Assembly: GCA_963772365.1 (NCBI GenBank)
Contig: CAVYXA010000001.1
Coordinates: 800,001 to 864,000 of the forward strand
DNA: 64,000 nt
Direction of reading: 5' to 3'
Source of the DNA: an uncultured Verrucomicrobiae bacterium
GTDB taxonomy: Bacteria > Verrucomicrobiota > Verrucomicrobiia > Chthoniobacterales > UBA10450
How positions within the stretch are numbered: position 1 is the stretch's first letter; each line of letters starts with the position of its first letter. Made by a program: the position numbers and the translations under genes. The notes under the pieces are model-generated. The model was not told the DNA's origin and made no database searches. It saw only the letters and a list, made by a program, of their open reading frames with translations. This document shows positions 1 through 10,568 of this stretch, in pieces.

Positions 1-741
1 TGGGTTGCCGATGTTCACCGGCTCGTGAAAATCGCTCATGGCGAGTTTGAAAATTCCATCGATCAGATCGGATACGTAACAAAACGAACGGGTTTGCGAG
101 CCATCGCCAAAAACCGTAAGCGGCTGGCCGTTCAGCGCCTGACCAATAAATGCCGGCACGACCCGACCATCACGCAAACGCATTCGCGGCCCGTAGGTGT
201 TAAAGATACGAACGATTTTTGTGTCGATCCTATGATAGCGGTGGTAAGCCATTGCCATCGCCTCAGCGAAACGCTTGGCTTCATCGTAAACGCCGCGCGG
301 CCCGATCGGGTTGACATTCCCCCAATAATCTTCCTTCTGCGGATGGACAAGCGGGTCACCGTAGCATTCCGATGTCGATGCTAGAATGAATGAGGCGCCC
401 TTGTCCTTCGCCAGACCCAGCGTGTTATGCGTGCCGAGCGCGCCGACTTTCAGCGTCGGAATCGGCAGCTCGAGATAATCGATCGGACTGGCCGGCGACG
501 CGAAATGAAACACGTAATCGATTTTTTCCTCGGGCAGAAAAATGAAATTCGAGACGTTATGCTTAATGAAATGAAAGTTCTCATTTCCCGCCAGGTGTCC
601 GATGTTCGCCGGGTTTCCCGTGATCAGATTATCGATCGCAATCACACGATGGCCTTCGGCCAGCAACCGGTCCGTCAAATGCGATCCTAAAAAACCGGCG
701 CCGCCGGTAACGACGGAGATCGGCTGACGATGTTCTGGCAT
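1..741 (-). CDS. UDP-glucuronate decarboxylase-like NAD-dependent epimerase/dehydratase (runs off the window edge)
   Basis: Manual translation from ATG 741 gives [42 protein letters not shown], an extended-SDR GGAGFLG motif. The + strand ORFs here are shadows. Confidence 0.85.
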   Translation of the reverse strand, partial: MPEHRQPISVVTGGAGFLGSHLTDRLLAEGHRVIAIDNLITGNPANIGHLAGNENFHFIKHNVSNFIFLPEEKIDYVFHFASPASPIDYLELPIPTLKVGALGTHNTLGLAKDKGASFILASTSECYGDPLVHPQKEDYWGNVNPIGPRGVYDEAKRFAEAMAMAYHRYHRIDTKIVRIFNTYGPRMRLRDGRVVPAFIGQALNGQPLTVFGDGSQTRSFCYVSDLIDGIFKLAMSDFHEPVNIGNP

Positions 742-791
742 GGCGCTCTATCTAATGATTCGTCGAAAATTTGCGAGGAAGATTTCGATGT

Positions 792-3700
792 TCACTTCTT
801 AGTTAGCAATTTCCTCGCCTCAGCCAGAGCGATCTCGATCTTGCCTGGATCTTTACCGGCGCCCTGCGCATTTTCGGGGCGTCCTCCTCCCTTTCCACCA
901 ACGATCGGCGCAACCTGCTGAATCAGTTTGTTGGCTTGAAATTTGGAGGTCAGCTCTTTAGGAACAGATGCGACGAGAGCAACTGATTCGCCCAGCCTGC
1001 CTGCGAGAAAGATCGGACCATTGAATTTCGACCTCATGACATCCGCCACGGCTTGGAGCAGTTTCGAATCGGCATCTGGCACCTCAACTATACAGTGATC
1101 TTTGTGAGATGCGGCAAGTTCAGCCGCAATTTTCGCAGCGCGACTCCGAGTCTGCGCATCAGCTTCCTTTGCGCTCTTCTTTTCCCATTCTCGTACATCG
1201 ACATCGACCTTCTCCAGATGCGCCGCGCGAATGTCGATTTGCTTCAGCAATTCAGTTATTTCCGCGTCTTCAGAGAAGGCCGGTAAGTCTGCGATATCAG
1301 ATTTCCGCTTCTTTAATGTCGTGAATTTTTCCACCTGTTTGGCCGCTTCTTGTTGCGCCCACAAACGCGCGGCCTCACCAGCCACCGCTTCCATGCGCCG
1401 TATGCCGGCCGCAATCGCCTCCTCTTTCACGATCCGGAACGGACCGATCTCCGATGTCGATCTTACATGCGTGCCACCGCACAGCTCCATCGAATAGCCA
1501 TTCAACTTTTTCGGGTCGCCACCGATCTGCAAAACACGCACCGTATCGCCGTATTTCTCCCCGAAAAACTGAGTGATATCTTTCCGCTGCTTCGCTTCCG
1601 CGTACGGAATCTCCGTCCACGAAACTGGCGCGCTCTCGGTAATTTTTTCGTTCACCACTTTTTCAACGTCGCGCACTTGCTGTTTCGTTAATGGCGCACT
1701 TGAAAAATCGAAGGTCAGTTTGTCCGGTCCGACATAGCTCCCTTTTTGAGATGCATCGCGCGAAACGATCTCATGTAGGGCCCAATGCAATAAGTGCGTC
1801 ACTGTATGATGGCCTTGAATCATCCGGCGTCGATCGGCATCGACTGAAACGTGGACAGCTTCGCCCGGCTCCGGCGCACGGCCGTTCACGATCTGCGCGC
1901 GATGCACAAAAACGTCTCCACGCTTTTGGGTGTCGATCACGCACAGTTGCCCGACTTCCGTTCGATCATGTCCCGGCACATGCAACAGACCATGATCGCC
2001 AACCTGCCCACCCATTTCCGCGTACAGAGGCGTCCGATCCAGAACGATCGCCAACTCTTCCGATTTCTGATCTGGCAACACATTTTCGACTACCGCTTCG
2101 GTTTCCAGGAAATCGTAACCGAGAAACTTCGTAGGGGTCGCGGTCAATTCTCCTTCCACCGCAATCGTCTCTTTTTTCTGCGCTTTTCGCCCACGTTCGC
2201 GTTGCTGTTCCATCAAGCTCTCGAACCCAGCAACATCGACACTCAACCCGCGCTCCCGCGCCATGAGCTCGGTCAAATCGAGAGGAAATCCGTATGTGTC
2301 ATATAGCTTGAAAGTGTCCTTAGCAGATACCACCGGTAACGTGGTGACAAACTTACGCCATTCGCCACTGCGAACTTCTGATGCATCCAAATCCTGAGCT
2401 AAATCCAAGCTGCGACCCAGCCAGATAGTAAATTCCTCCAAATCTGGATCACTCGATCGGCCGTAATACATTTTCTTTACCAGAGATCCTTCTTCCTCCG
2501 CAGCCGCCGTGACGCTGTTAAATAGAACGACCCCTTCAAACAATTCAATTCCACGATCGAGCGTTTTGTTAAACGATTCTTCTTCGCGGCGGATTATTGC
2601 TTTGATCACACTCTGCCTAGCGCGAACTTCCGGGAAAACATCGCCTATCGTTTTTGCGACCACATCGACAACTTTGAAAAAGAACGGCTCGTGAAGACCT
2701 AACGAGCGCCCATAACGCACGGCGCGACGCAGAATTCGGCGCAGCACATAGCCACGTCCTTCGTTCGAGGGAATAATTCCATCGGCGATTGCGAACGAAA
2801 GTGTGCGGATGTGATCGGCGATGACGCGGAAGGCAATGTCGATCTGAATTTGCTCTGAATCTTTTGTAGGGCGGCCGCTCCGGCTGCCCTCTTCTGGGTC
2901 CGGCAAGCGAAGCGCTTGCCCTACAATCGGCAATGTCGATTCGTATCTTTTGCCGCTGAGGTTTTCGATCTCGTCGAAGATCGGTCGAAAGACATCGGTC
3001 TCGTAATTCGAAATGATGCCGGAAAAATCAGTGAGATTTTTCGTGCCTTGAATGATCGCGCTGACGCGCTCGAAACCCATGCCGGTATCGACGTGACGTT
3101 GCGGCAACGGGCTGAATGTTCCATCGGCATCGGCGTTGAACTGAATGAAGACCAGGTTCCAAATCTCGATGCACCGCGAATCGCCTTGGTTCACTAACGA
3201 ACCGCGCGTATCGCAGCCCGGCGTAAGATCGACATGAACTTCCGAGCAGGGACCGCACGGGCCGGTATCACCCATCATCCAAAAATTGTCGGCTTTGCCG
3301 CCATTTACGATGTGGATCTTAGGATCGAGCTCAGCTTCTCGGAATAATCGCTCCCAATGATCGTGAGCTTCCTGATCGAAATCCGCTGGCTCGCCCGGTC
3401 CGGGTTTATAAACCGTGGCGTAAAGTCGTTGCGGCGGAAATTTCCAGCGCTCAACCAGTAGTTCCCACGCCCATTCGATCGCTTCCTTCTTGAAGTAATC
3501 GCCGAAACTCCAATTACCGAGCATTTCGAAAAATGTGTGGTGATACGTATCCAGCCCGACATCTTCGAGATCGTTATGTTTGCCGCCCGCCCGGATACAT
3601 TTTTGGGTGTCGGCGACGCGCGGCGGTTTCCACTGCGGCTTTTGTTGACCGAGAAAGATCGGCACGAACTGGTTCATGCCGGCGTTGGTGAACAGCAAAT

Positions 3701-3797
3701 TCGGCGCGTCCGGCAGCAAGGACGACGACGGCACAATGGTGTGCTGTTTCTCGCGAAAGAAATCGAGAAAGGATTTGCGGATCTCAGCCGAAGTCAT
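792..3797 (-). CDS. alaS: Alanine--tRNA ligase with two insertions
   Basis: Motifs LLFTNAGMNQF, HHTFFEMLGNWSFGDYFK, HTVTHLLH and ELCGGTH, plus C-Ala GGKGGG. Start MTSAEIR at 3797. Confidence 0.98.
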   Translation of the reverse strand: MTSAEIRKSFLDFFREKQHTIVPSSSLLPDAPNLLFTNAGMNQFVPIFLGQQKPQWKPPRVADTQKCIRAGGKHNDLEDVGLDTYHHTFFEMLGNWSFGDYFKKEAIEWAWELLVERWKFPPQRLYATVYKPGPGEPADFDQEAHDHWERLFREAELDPKIHIVNGGKADNFWMMGDTGPCGPCSEVHVDLTPGCDTRGSLVNQGDSRCIEIWNLVFIQFNADADGTFSPLPQRHVDTGMGFERVSAIIQGTKNLTDFSGIISNYETDVFRPIFDEIENLSGKRYESTLPIVGQALRLPDPEEGSRSGRPTKDSEQIQIDIAFRVIADHIRTLSFAIADGIIPSNEGRGYVLRRILRRAVRYGRSLGLHEPFFFKVVDVVAKTIGDVFPEVRARQSVIKAIIRREEESFNKTLDRGIELFEGVVLFNSVTAAAEEEGSLVKKMYYGRSSDPDLEEFTIWLGRSLDLAQDLDASEVRSGEWRKFVTTLPVVSAKDTFKLYDTYGFPLDLTELMARERGLSVDVAGFESLMEQQRERGRKAQKKETIAVEGELTATPTKFLGYDFLETEAVVENVLPDQKSEELAIVLDRTPLYAEMGGQVGDHGLLHVPGHDRTEVGQLCVIDTQKRGDVFVHRAQIVNGRAPEPGEAVHVSVDADRRRMIQGHHTVTHLLHWALHEIVSRDASQKGSYVGPDKLTFDFSSAPLTKQQVRDVEKVVNEKITESAPVSWTEIPYAEAKQRKDITQFFGEKYGDTVRVLQIGGDPKKLNGYSMELCGGTHVRSTSEIGPFRIVKEEAIAAGIRRMEAVAGEAARLWAQQEAAKQVEKFTTLKKRKSDIADLPAFSEDAEITELLKQIDIRAAHLEKVDVDVREWEKKSAKEADAQTRSRAAKIAAELAASHKDHCIVEVPDADSKLLQAVADVMRSKFNGPIFLAGRLGESVALVASVPKELTSKFQANKLIQQVAPIVGGKGGGRPENAQGAGKDPGKIEIALAEARKLLTKK
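2864..2926. repeat. REP-like TTGTAGGGC...GCCCTACAA double hairpin (family B), in-frame inside alaS
   Basis: 63 bp with terminal inverted repeats. Encodes VGQALRLPDPEEGSRSGRPTK. Confidence 0.85.
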
Positions 3798-3888
3798 GAT
3801 GTCGATCTTACGGCAGGAAATTGCCGGATAGACCAAGAATTTCCAAATGGAAATCGATTACGGCGGAAACGTGAGGCCAACGTGCTGA

Positions 3889-4923
3889 TTACGGTTCTTC
3901 GATAAGCTTTGCTTTTACCGCGGCCTCGATTTCTTCGTAGAGCTTTGGATCGTTCTTGAGCGCTTCCTTGGCGGCATCGCGTCCTTGAGCGAGCTGAGTT
4001 CCCTTGTAATTCAGCCACGAACCGCGCTTTTCGATCACCTGTTTTTCCAAGGCAAGATCGAGAAGCGCACCCGTGGAAGAGATCCCCTCGTCGTACATGA
4101 TGTCGAACTCGGCTTCGGTGAACGGCGGCGCGACCTTGTTTTTTACAATCTTGATCCGGGTGCGATTCCCAGTCACAACGCCGTCGGTTTGCTTGATTGC
4201 GCCGATCCGTCGGATATCTACGCGAACGCTGGCATAGAACTTCAAAGCTTTACCGCCCGGCGTCGTCTCGGGATTGCCGAACATCACGCCAATTTTTTCG
4301 CGAATCTGGTTAGTGAAGATGCAACAGGTGCGCGCTTTTGATATGAGAGAAGTAAGCTTGCGCAGGGCTGCGCTCATCAAACGGGCCTGAGCGCCGACGG
4401 TTACGTCGCCGATTTCGCCTTCCAGTTCTGCCTTGGTTACGAGAGCGGCGACCGAATCCAGCACGATCACATCCAGGGCATTCGAGCGGACCAAAGTCTC
4501 GCAAATCCGTAGCGCTTCTTCGCCTGAGCTGGGCTGAGAGACAAGAAGATCGTCGAGATCGACACCAAGTTTACGGGCGTATTGAGGATCAAGCGCATGC
4601 TCGACATCGATGAATGCAGCCAGGCCTCCGCGTTTTTGAGCCTGGGCAATAACTGTGAGAGTAAGGGTTGTCTTTCCAGAGGATTCCGGTCCGAACACCT
4701 CGACCACGCGTCCCCGCGGGAATCCGCCAACTCCTAACGCGCGATCAACGAGAATGTTCCCCGTCGGAATGACATCAATATCTACGATCTTCTCGTCACC
4801 CAGACGCATAATCGCGCCCTCGCCATAATCTTTAGCGATCTGTTGGATCGCCAGATCGAGATTTTTATTGCGGGCAGCGGTCAATTTATCTGCGCCAGTT
4901 TTCTCTTCCGTTTTGGTCGGCAT
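3889..4923 (-). CDS. recA: Recombinase RecA
   Basis: Walker [30 protein letters not shown]. Confidence 0.99.
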   Translation of the reverse strand: MPTKTEEKTGADKLTAARNKNLDLAIQQIAKDYGEGAIMRLGDEKIVDIDVIPTGNILVDRALGVGGFPRGRVVEVFGPESSGKTTLTLTVIAQAQKRGGLAAFIDVEHALDPQYARKLGVDLDDLLVSQPSSGEEALRICETLVRSNALDVIVLDSVAALVTKAELEGEIGDVTVGAQARLMSAALRKLTSLISKARTCCIFTNQIREKIGVMFGNPETTPGGKALKFYASVRVDIRRIGAIKQTDGVVTGNRTRIKIVKNKVAPPFTEAEFDIMYDEGISSTGALLDLALEKQVIEKRGSWLNYKGTQLAQGRDAAKEALKNDPKLYEEIEAAVKAKLIEEP

Positions 4924-4972
4924 ATCGGAGTGACTGTAGTACGTCCTCAGCAACGGTTCGCCAAGTAAAAAA

Positions 4973-5014
4973 GAAAAAAGGGGCCGCCATTCTTGCCCAG
5001 ATGGCGGCCCTTTT
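4973..5014 (-). terminator. Intrinsic terminator downstream of the Hsp20 pair (possibly bidirectional)
   Basis: AAAAGGGCCGCCAT...ATGGCGGCCCTTTT hairpin with A/T tails. Confidence 0.8.
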
Positions 5015-5031
5015 GCGGTTAACTGTCGATG

Positions 5032-5403
5032 TTACGAAACTGTGATCCTGCGTGGCTTAACGTGCTCGGCCTTCGGCAGAGCCACCGTGACCAAGCCTTG
5101 CTCGATCTTCGCATTGATTTTGTCTACGTTGATCGATGGATCGAGTTCAAATGTCCGCCGGAAATTATCCGGACGGGATTCATGATGGATCAGCGTACCT
5201 TCCACGGTGGGAAGCGAACGACGCCCGATGATCGTCAGTTCATTGTTCTCGAATGAAATTTCGAGTCCGTCTTTGTTCACGCCGGGCATCTCGAGTTCGA
5301 GCGTGTAGCCGTCGCTTGCTTCGATTACACTTGCGGCGGGAGCAACGAATTGCTCGCTCTGCGCTCGATCGCTATCGCGGTTTTCACGTACCAATGTGTT
5401 CAT
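5032..5403 (-). CDS. Hsp20/alpha-crystallin small heat shock protein
   Basis: LEMPGV..; FRRTFEL; GLVTVALPKAE. Confidence 0.92.
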   Translation of the reverse strand: MNTLVRENRDSDRAQSEQFVAPAASVIEASDGYTLELEMPGVNKDGLEISFENNELTIIGRRSLPTVEGTLIHHESRPDNFRRTFELDPSINVDKINAKIEQGLVTVALPKAEHVKPRRITVS

Positions 5404-5449
5404 AGTAAAGTTCCTTTCGTGTTGAAATGAATTACTCGCTGGACTGTCA

Positions 5450-5911
5450 TTAGTTGACCTGAATTCGCTTTGGCTTTGCTTCTTCAGCCTTCGGCAACGT
5501 CACGGTCAAGATCCCATCCTGGTAAGTCGCGCTCACTTTGGCGGCATCGACCCGCGTAGGCAGAGTGATGCTGCGACGGAATGTGCCGACGTAGCGTTCA
5601 CTACGTTCGGAGTTCTGGCCGTTTGGGCTCTCCTTTTTGCGCTCACCGCTGATCGTCAATGTCCCATCATGCAGCGAGATTTCGATGTCCTCTTTGCGCA
5701 TTCCTGGCAATTCGACGACGGCGACCACGTTGTCATTGTTCTGGTACAAGTCGAGTGGTGGCGACCAACCACTGAATAGTTGACCTGTCCGGCCGAAGTC
5801 TGACCAAAACGGCACTTCAAAAAGCGCGTTCAAGTCGTCTCTCAGATTGCTCCAGCGATCCAGCGCCGGCCAAACCGAGGACTCGGGACTTTGATAACGA
5901 ATTAGATTCAT
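5450..5911 (-). CDS. Hsp20/alpha-crystallin small heat shock protein
   Basis: VELPGMRKEDI; ERYVGTFRRSITLP; GILTVTLPK. AGGAG Shine-Dalgarno upstream. Confidence 0.95.
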   Translation of the reverse strand: MNLIRYQSPESSVWPALDRWSNLRDDLNALFEVPFWSDFGRTGQLFSGWSPPLDLYQNNDNVVAVVELPGMRKEDIEISLHDGTLTISGERKKESPNGQNSERSERYVGTFRRSITLPTRVDAAKVSATYQDGILTVTLPKAEEAKPKRIQVN

Positions 5912-6189
5912 AAATTAAAATCTCCTTTCTCTGAGTTGGGAATTTCTCTCTCTTTCCATTAGCTCGTGCTGTGCCTGCCTTGATCCTGGGAAGGTTCGTA
6001 ATTGTATTATGCTGTTGGTTAGTGACTTGTGGATTCACAGTGCAGGCTGTGACATCTGCCACATAGGTCCAAGATGTCGCATGCTCGCCCCATTCTTTTC
6101 AGAGAAGGTGAGACAAGATTCGCCAGCGAAATTTACTGCCTTTCAATCAAAATAATTTGCCCGAGAGCGCGCACTTCTATACTTGGAGC

Positions 6190-7221
6190 GTGATACCCTC
6201 GCCCGGACTGGATAAGCACTTTATGCGTGTCGCCTTACGCGAAGCGAGAAAGGGTTTGGGCGAGACGAGTCCAAATCCAGCGGTGGGCGCAGTGCTCGTC
6301 TCTCGCGGTAAAATTGTTGGGCGCGGGTACCATCGACGAGCCGGCGAACCGCATGCCGAAGTGGAATGTTTGCAATGCATCTCCGGCGATCTGCCGCGCG
6401 GATCGACAATGTATTGCACGCTCGAGCCCTGTTCCACGCGCGGAAAAACAGGCCCCTGCGTGGACGAAATCATCCGTCGAGGAGTGGCAACGGTGGTGAT
6501 CGGCGCGGTTGACGTAAATCCGCGTCATCAAGGCCGCGGCGTTCGACGACTTCGCGAGGCAGGAATTGAAGTTCGAACCGGCGTGTTGGCTAACGAGGCG
6601 ACAGAACTGAACGAAGCCTTCAACAAGTGGATCGTGACCCGAAGGTCATTTGTAATTGCCAAATGCGGGATGAGTCTCGATGGCCAGCTAACCCGTCATC
6701 CGGGCGAATCGCGCTGGATTACGGACTCGAGAGCGCGCCGACACGCTCACAAGCTGCGCGCCCTCGTCGATGCAATCGTCGTCGGCGCAGAAACCGTTAG
6801 AACCGACAATCCAAGATTGACTGTGCGCTTCGGCCGGAAATCGAAACAGCCGTGGCGAGTAGTGCTTACCCGCTCCGCAAAATTACCTGCCGACGCTCAT
6901 TTGTTTTCTGACCGGTTTGCTGATCGGACGTTGATTTATAAAGGAAAACCGCTCGGCGCTGTCCTCGACGATTTAGCGAAAAAGAATATTACAAGCGTGC
7001 TTTTGGAAGGCGGTGGTGAAGTATTGGGTGAGGCGTTAGACGCACGCCTCATAGATAAAATCCAGATCTACCTCGGCCCAATCTTAACCGGAGGTGCCGT
7101 TCCCGCGTTCGCCGGTTGTGGCGCGAGCACAGCGAAAGATGCAGCTCGCCTTGAACGCATCCGCTACACGCGACTCGGTCAGAATTTGCTGGTAACCGCT
7201 TATCCAACGTGGGCTGAATAA
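6190..7221 (+). CDS. ribD: Riboflavin biosynthesis deaminase/reductase RibD
   Basis: Deaminase motifs HAE and TLEPC...PC; reductase motifs SLDG and EGGG. GTG 6190 lies 6 nt after TATACT. Confidence 0.96.
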   Translation: MIPSPGLDKHFMRVALREARKGLGETSPNPAVGAVLVSRGKIVGRGYHRRAGEPHAEVECLQCISGDLPRGSTMYCTLEPCSTRGKTGPCVDEIIRRGVATVVIGAVDVNPRHQGRGVRRLREAGIEVRTGVLANEATELNEAFNKWIVTRRSFVIAKCGMSLDGQLTRHPGESRWITDSRARRHAHKLRALVDAIVVGAETVRTDNPRLTVRFGRKSKQPWRVVLTRSAKLPADAHLFSDRFADRTLIYKGKPLGAVLDDLAKKNITSVLLEGGGEVLGEALDARLIDKIQIYLGPILTGGAVPAFAGCGASTAKDAARLERIRYTRLGQNLLVTAYPTWAE

Positions 7222-7273
7222 TTTTGCGAAACCGAGCGTCAGAGTTAGGGTTTAAAAATTAGGAGGTAAACAG

Positions 7274-7567
7274 ATGAGCGGGAAAAAACTTTTGCTAATT
7301 GCGGTCGTGATGATGGGGTTCGCGTTTGCCTCGGCATCGCAATCCAAAGCCGGAGTCTCGGTTGGCATTGGAATCGGAGTCCCGGTGGGATACGGGTATT
7401 ATCCATACGGATACTATCCCTACGGGTATTATAATCCATACACTTGCTACCCGAGGCCATATTATGGAGCAGTCTTCTACACTGGTCCGAGATGGTATTG
7501 GCATGGTGGACGCCGCGTTTATTACTCGCGGCCCTATCGACATCATCATTATCGGCGTGGCCGATAA
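7274..7567 (+). CDS. Small secreted Tyr/Gly/Pro-rich protein
   Basis: AGGAGG Shine-Dalgarno, signal peptide, GVSVGIGIG followed by GYYPY repeats. Confidence 0.8.
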   Translation: MSGKKLLLIAVVMMGFAFASASQSKAGVSVGIGIGVPVGYGYYPYGYYPYGYYNPYTCYPRPYYGAVFYTGPRWYWHGGRRVYYSRPYRHHHYRRGR

Positions 7568-7662
7568 GCTCATTGCGGCTTGATTGAAGCGGGTTTGGAA
7601 GGAGTTCCGAACCCAGCTCTTGAGTTGTCGATCCAATCTGCGATTGGAATTTGGCTAATTAG

Positions 7663-8178
7663 TTACTTGCCCGATTTTGTCGACGGCGATGCAGTCGGAC
7701 TGGGACTGACTTGTTGCGACTGGAACTCTTTCTTTAATCGTTGGATTAACACCGGGACCTCCTGTCGCCGTTTGGCTTCCAACTCCTGGCCCATCGCATG
7801 TTCGAGTTTCGCACGTTCCTGCATATAACGTGATTCAAACTCCGCTCGTTGTTTCGGATCGAGTTGAAGACCGGATTCCTTCAACGCGGTCTCGGCTTCC
7901 TCTTTCACTCTTTCGGTGCGGAGTTTCTCTTGTTCTCGCATGATCGTCCGTTCCTGCGCGTTCATTTGCTTCCAACGCTCGGCATTTCGATCGAAGCGCT
8001 GTCGATCCTGCGGAGACAACTGAAGAAGCCGCTCGTGAGATATCTCCACTTGACCATGTCCACCTTCACCTTGCCCTCTTGCACGGCCCGCGCCGGATCC
8101 GTGAGAGCCCTGGCCATACACGACGCTAATCTCGAGAAGCGAAAGTGCGACGCTTAGAGCGATGAATTTTGGTCCCAC
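7663..8178 (-). CDS. Secreted helical protein (DUF3106-like)
   Basis: Signal peptide, LSPQDRQRF..ERWKQM motif, charged coiled coil. Confidence 0.6.
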   Translation of the reverse strand: MGPKFIALSVALSLLEISVVYGQGSHGSGAGRARGQGEGGHGQVEISHERLLQLSPQDRQRFDRNAERWKQMNAQERTIMREQEKLRTERVKEEAETALKESGLQLDPKQRAEFESRYMQERAKLEHAMGQELEAKRRQEVPVLIQRLKKEFQSQQVSPSPTASPSTKSGK

Positions 8179-8630
8179 AAACTTGTCTCGTACTGGACCA
8201 TCAGATCGTCGAGATTCGCGACGACCTCATAATCCTCTTCATTAACACCCACCAGTCTCGATTTTGCTCCTGTTGTACCGGCAGCCGCCATCACCAGCGG
8301 ATGAACTTGTATCTTATCGATTCCAATCCTCAGTTGCCCCGCGGTTTTGGAAATCTCAGGCGCGGCAACTGGCTTTATATCTGCGGTCAAACCTTTCCGG
8401 ACGGGTGTTGATGGCGAGCTGTGTAGGAAAAATGTCGAGACAATCACAATGCCAGCCGCCACCGATGCCGGCGCCGCGATCCTCCAATTGAACAAGGGTC
8501 CCAGCCGCTCAGATAACGAGCGCTGCTGCCGGAGTTGTCGAACGACATTCCGGGCAAAAAATGGCGAAACGCGCAGCTCAGGACTCTGACCCAATAGATC
8601 CCACAATGATTGATCGTCTTCGCGATTCAT
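8154..8630 (-). CDS. Single-pass membrane protein, anti-sigma-factor-like
   Basis: N-terminal DQSLWDLLG..VSPFFARNVVRQLR, one TM segment, C-terminal EVVANLDDL. Confidence 0.6.
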   Translation of the reverse strand: MNREDDQSLWDLLGQSPELRVSPFFARNVVRQLRQQRSLSERLGPLFNWRIAAPASVAAGIVIVSTFFLHSSPSTPVRKGLTADIKPVAAPEISKTAGQLRIGIDKIQVHPLVMAAAGTTGAKSRLVGVNEEDYEVVANLDDLMVQYETSLWDQNSSL

Positions 8631-8692
8631 GTTCTAAAATTGAACGTATCGAACCGGGCAAAGTTGCGCGCGGAAGGCCCCCTGCTTCAAGT

Positions 8693-10552
8693 TCAGGCCT
8701 CAGACGCTTCCAAAAACCCGGCAAGCTGCCGGATTCGAGTTGGGTGCCGCATTTTGCGTAACGCCTTTGCTTCGATCTGGCGGATTCGTTCCCGCGTAAC
8801 CTGAAATTGCCGGCCCACTTCTTCCAATGTCCGGCTATAGCCATCGACCAGTCCGAAGCGTTGCTCCAAAACTTGGCGTTCCCGCTCCGTCAAGGTTTCG
8901 AGCACGTCCTTGATCTTCTCCTTTAACAAGACGATCGCGGTCATATCCGAAGGATTTTCCGCGCCCTTGTCCTCGATGAAATCGCCGAAGTTTGTCTCTT
9001 CGCTCTCGCCCACTGGAGCTTGAAGCGAGATTGGTTGCTGTGCCATCTTCAGCACCGCCCGAACTCGGTCGACAGGCAACAGAATTTCTTCCGCCACTTC
9101 TTCCGGCGTCGGCTCGCGCCCAAATTCTTGAACAAGCTGCTTTTGCACGCGCATGAGCTTGTTGATTGTCTCGATCATGTGGACCGGAATGCGAATGGTG
9201 CGGGCCTGGTCCGCGATGGACCGGGTAATGGCTTGCCGAATCCACCAGGTTGCATAGGTGGAAAATTTGTAACCGCGCCGGTACTCAAATTTTTCGACCG
9301 CCTTCATCAATCCCATGTTTCCTTCCTGGATCAGATCCAGAAAGGAGAGACCGCGATTGGTGTATTTTTTCGCTATAGAAATAACCAACCGCAGATTGGC
9401 TTCGACCATTTCCGTTTTTGCCCGGAGCGCCTGACGCACCCAATTCTTCAATTCGCAATACTCCTGGCCAAACTCGTCCAGCGAACACCACATGCCCTTT
9501 TCCAGCTCGCGCAATTTGTTTCGGAGATGCAGCAGTTTTTTTCGATCGCGCCGGTGTTTGGTAAGCTCGTCCTGCAAATACACAGATGAATGGTGCGTTT
9601 CATCCGCTAAATGCACGAACTCTTCGGTGACTTTTTGTTTGAAATAGAATTGCGGATAATACCTCTGGAGAGAGACCAGGGCTTTGTGGAATCGTTGCGG
9701 CTTTTTACTCTCTTTCTTTGAAGAACTGCGAGTCTGCTGGGCGTACTGCTGTGTAATCGAGCCGCTCAACTGTTCTACCTGCTTGCACAAGCGTGGGAGC
9801 TTACGGAGATAACGTTCCCGGCTCTCGATCTTCTTGTCGAGAATGACGCGATCGAATCGTTCCCGTCCTTGGGTAAGTCTTTCAGCCAGGTCGAGATGAG
9901 CGCGGGCGGTAAAGCCGAACCGGTTAATGTACTTCTGCACCATGTGCTCGGCTTCCTCGATCCGCTTGGAAATTTCCACTTCCTGCTCCCGGGTCAGTAA
10001 TGGGACCTGCCCCATCTGCTTGAGATACATGCGCACCGGATCATCCAGAATATCCAGTTTCGCCTCCGGCTTCTCCTCTTCCTCCTCTTCGTCAACGTCC
10101 TTTTTCCCGTCCTTATAACGATCGACTTCCGATGCCTCAATAATGTCGATCTCGAGCCGGCGCAGCCGCGTCAGAATTAAATCGAGATCATCCGCATCCG
10201 TAATTCCGTCCGGAAGCGCCTCGTTCAGATCGTCGAAGGTGAGATAGCCCTGCTCCTTGGCCAGCTTGATTAACTCGCGAATGCGCGTTTCGGTTTCGGC
10301 CGCAGAACGCAGCTCGATTATTACTTCCCTTTTTCCCGTTTCACTGCCATTCCCATTACGGCTGCTCGCCCGGGACCGAGTCCCGATCTGCTTCCGTTTC
10401 AATGGCCCGTTACGCGCCTTTTTTTTCAACCTTTGCGCGAAAGGACCGCGCCGGCGGACAAGTTTACGCTTCGTTCGCTTCGCCGGCGAACGTCCTTCTC
10501 CCTTTCTTTTCGAATGCCTGGCCAAGGTTAAGCGGTTAAGGATCGCTTTCAC
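8693..10552 (-). CDS. rpoD: RNA polymerase primary sigma factor RpoD
   Basis: [47 protein letters not shown]; long basic N-terminal extension. Confidence 0.98.
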   Translation of the reverse strand: MKAILNRLTLARHSKRKGEGRSPAKRTKRKLVRRRGPFAQRLKKKARNGPLKRKQIGTRSRASSRNGNGSETGKREVIIELRSAAETETRIRELIKLAKEQGYLTFDDLNEALPDGITDADDLDLILTRLRRLEIDIIEASEVDRYKDGKKDVDEEEEEEKPEAKLDILDDPVRMYLKQMGQVPLLTREQEVEISKRIEEAEHMVQKYINRFGFTARAHLDLAERLTQGRERFDRVILDKKIESRERYLRKLPRLCKQVEQLSGSITQQYAQQTRSSSKKESKKPQRFHKALVSLQRYYPQFYFKQKVTEEFVHLADETHHSSVYLQDELTKHRRDRKKLLHLRNKLRELEKGMWCSLDEFGQEYCELKNWVRQALRAKTEMVEANLRLVISIAKKYTNRGLSFLDLIQEGNMGLMKAVEKFEYRRGYKFSTYATWWIRQAITRSIADQARTIRIPVHMIETINKLMRVQKQLVQEFGREPTPEEVAEEILLPVDRVRAVLKMAQQPISLQAPVGESEETNFGDFIEDKGAENPSDMTAIVLLKEKIKDVLETLTERERQVLEQRFGLVDGYSRTLEEVGRQFQVTRERIRQIEAKALRKMRHPTRIRQLAGFLEASEA

Positions 10553-10568
10553 CTTCGAGCGAACAGCA

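Noticed and set aside
25..690. + strand ORFs 25-384 and 427-690
   Set aside because: They are shadows of the minus-strand epimerase/decarboxylase gene.
2325..2535. Intein in AlaRS
   Set aside because: Too short, and lacks the splice-junction residues.
4924..4972. LexA box upstream of recA
   Set aside because: No convincing palindrome was seen.
5912..6156. CIRCE or ROSE heat-shock element upstream of the Hsp20 genes, or an FMN riboswitch before ribD
   Set aside because: No consensus sequence was recognisable by eye.
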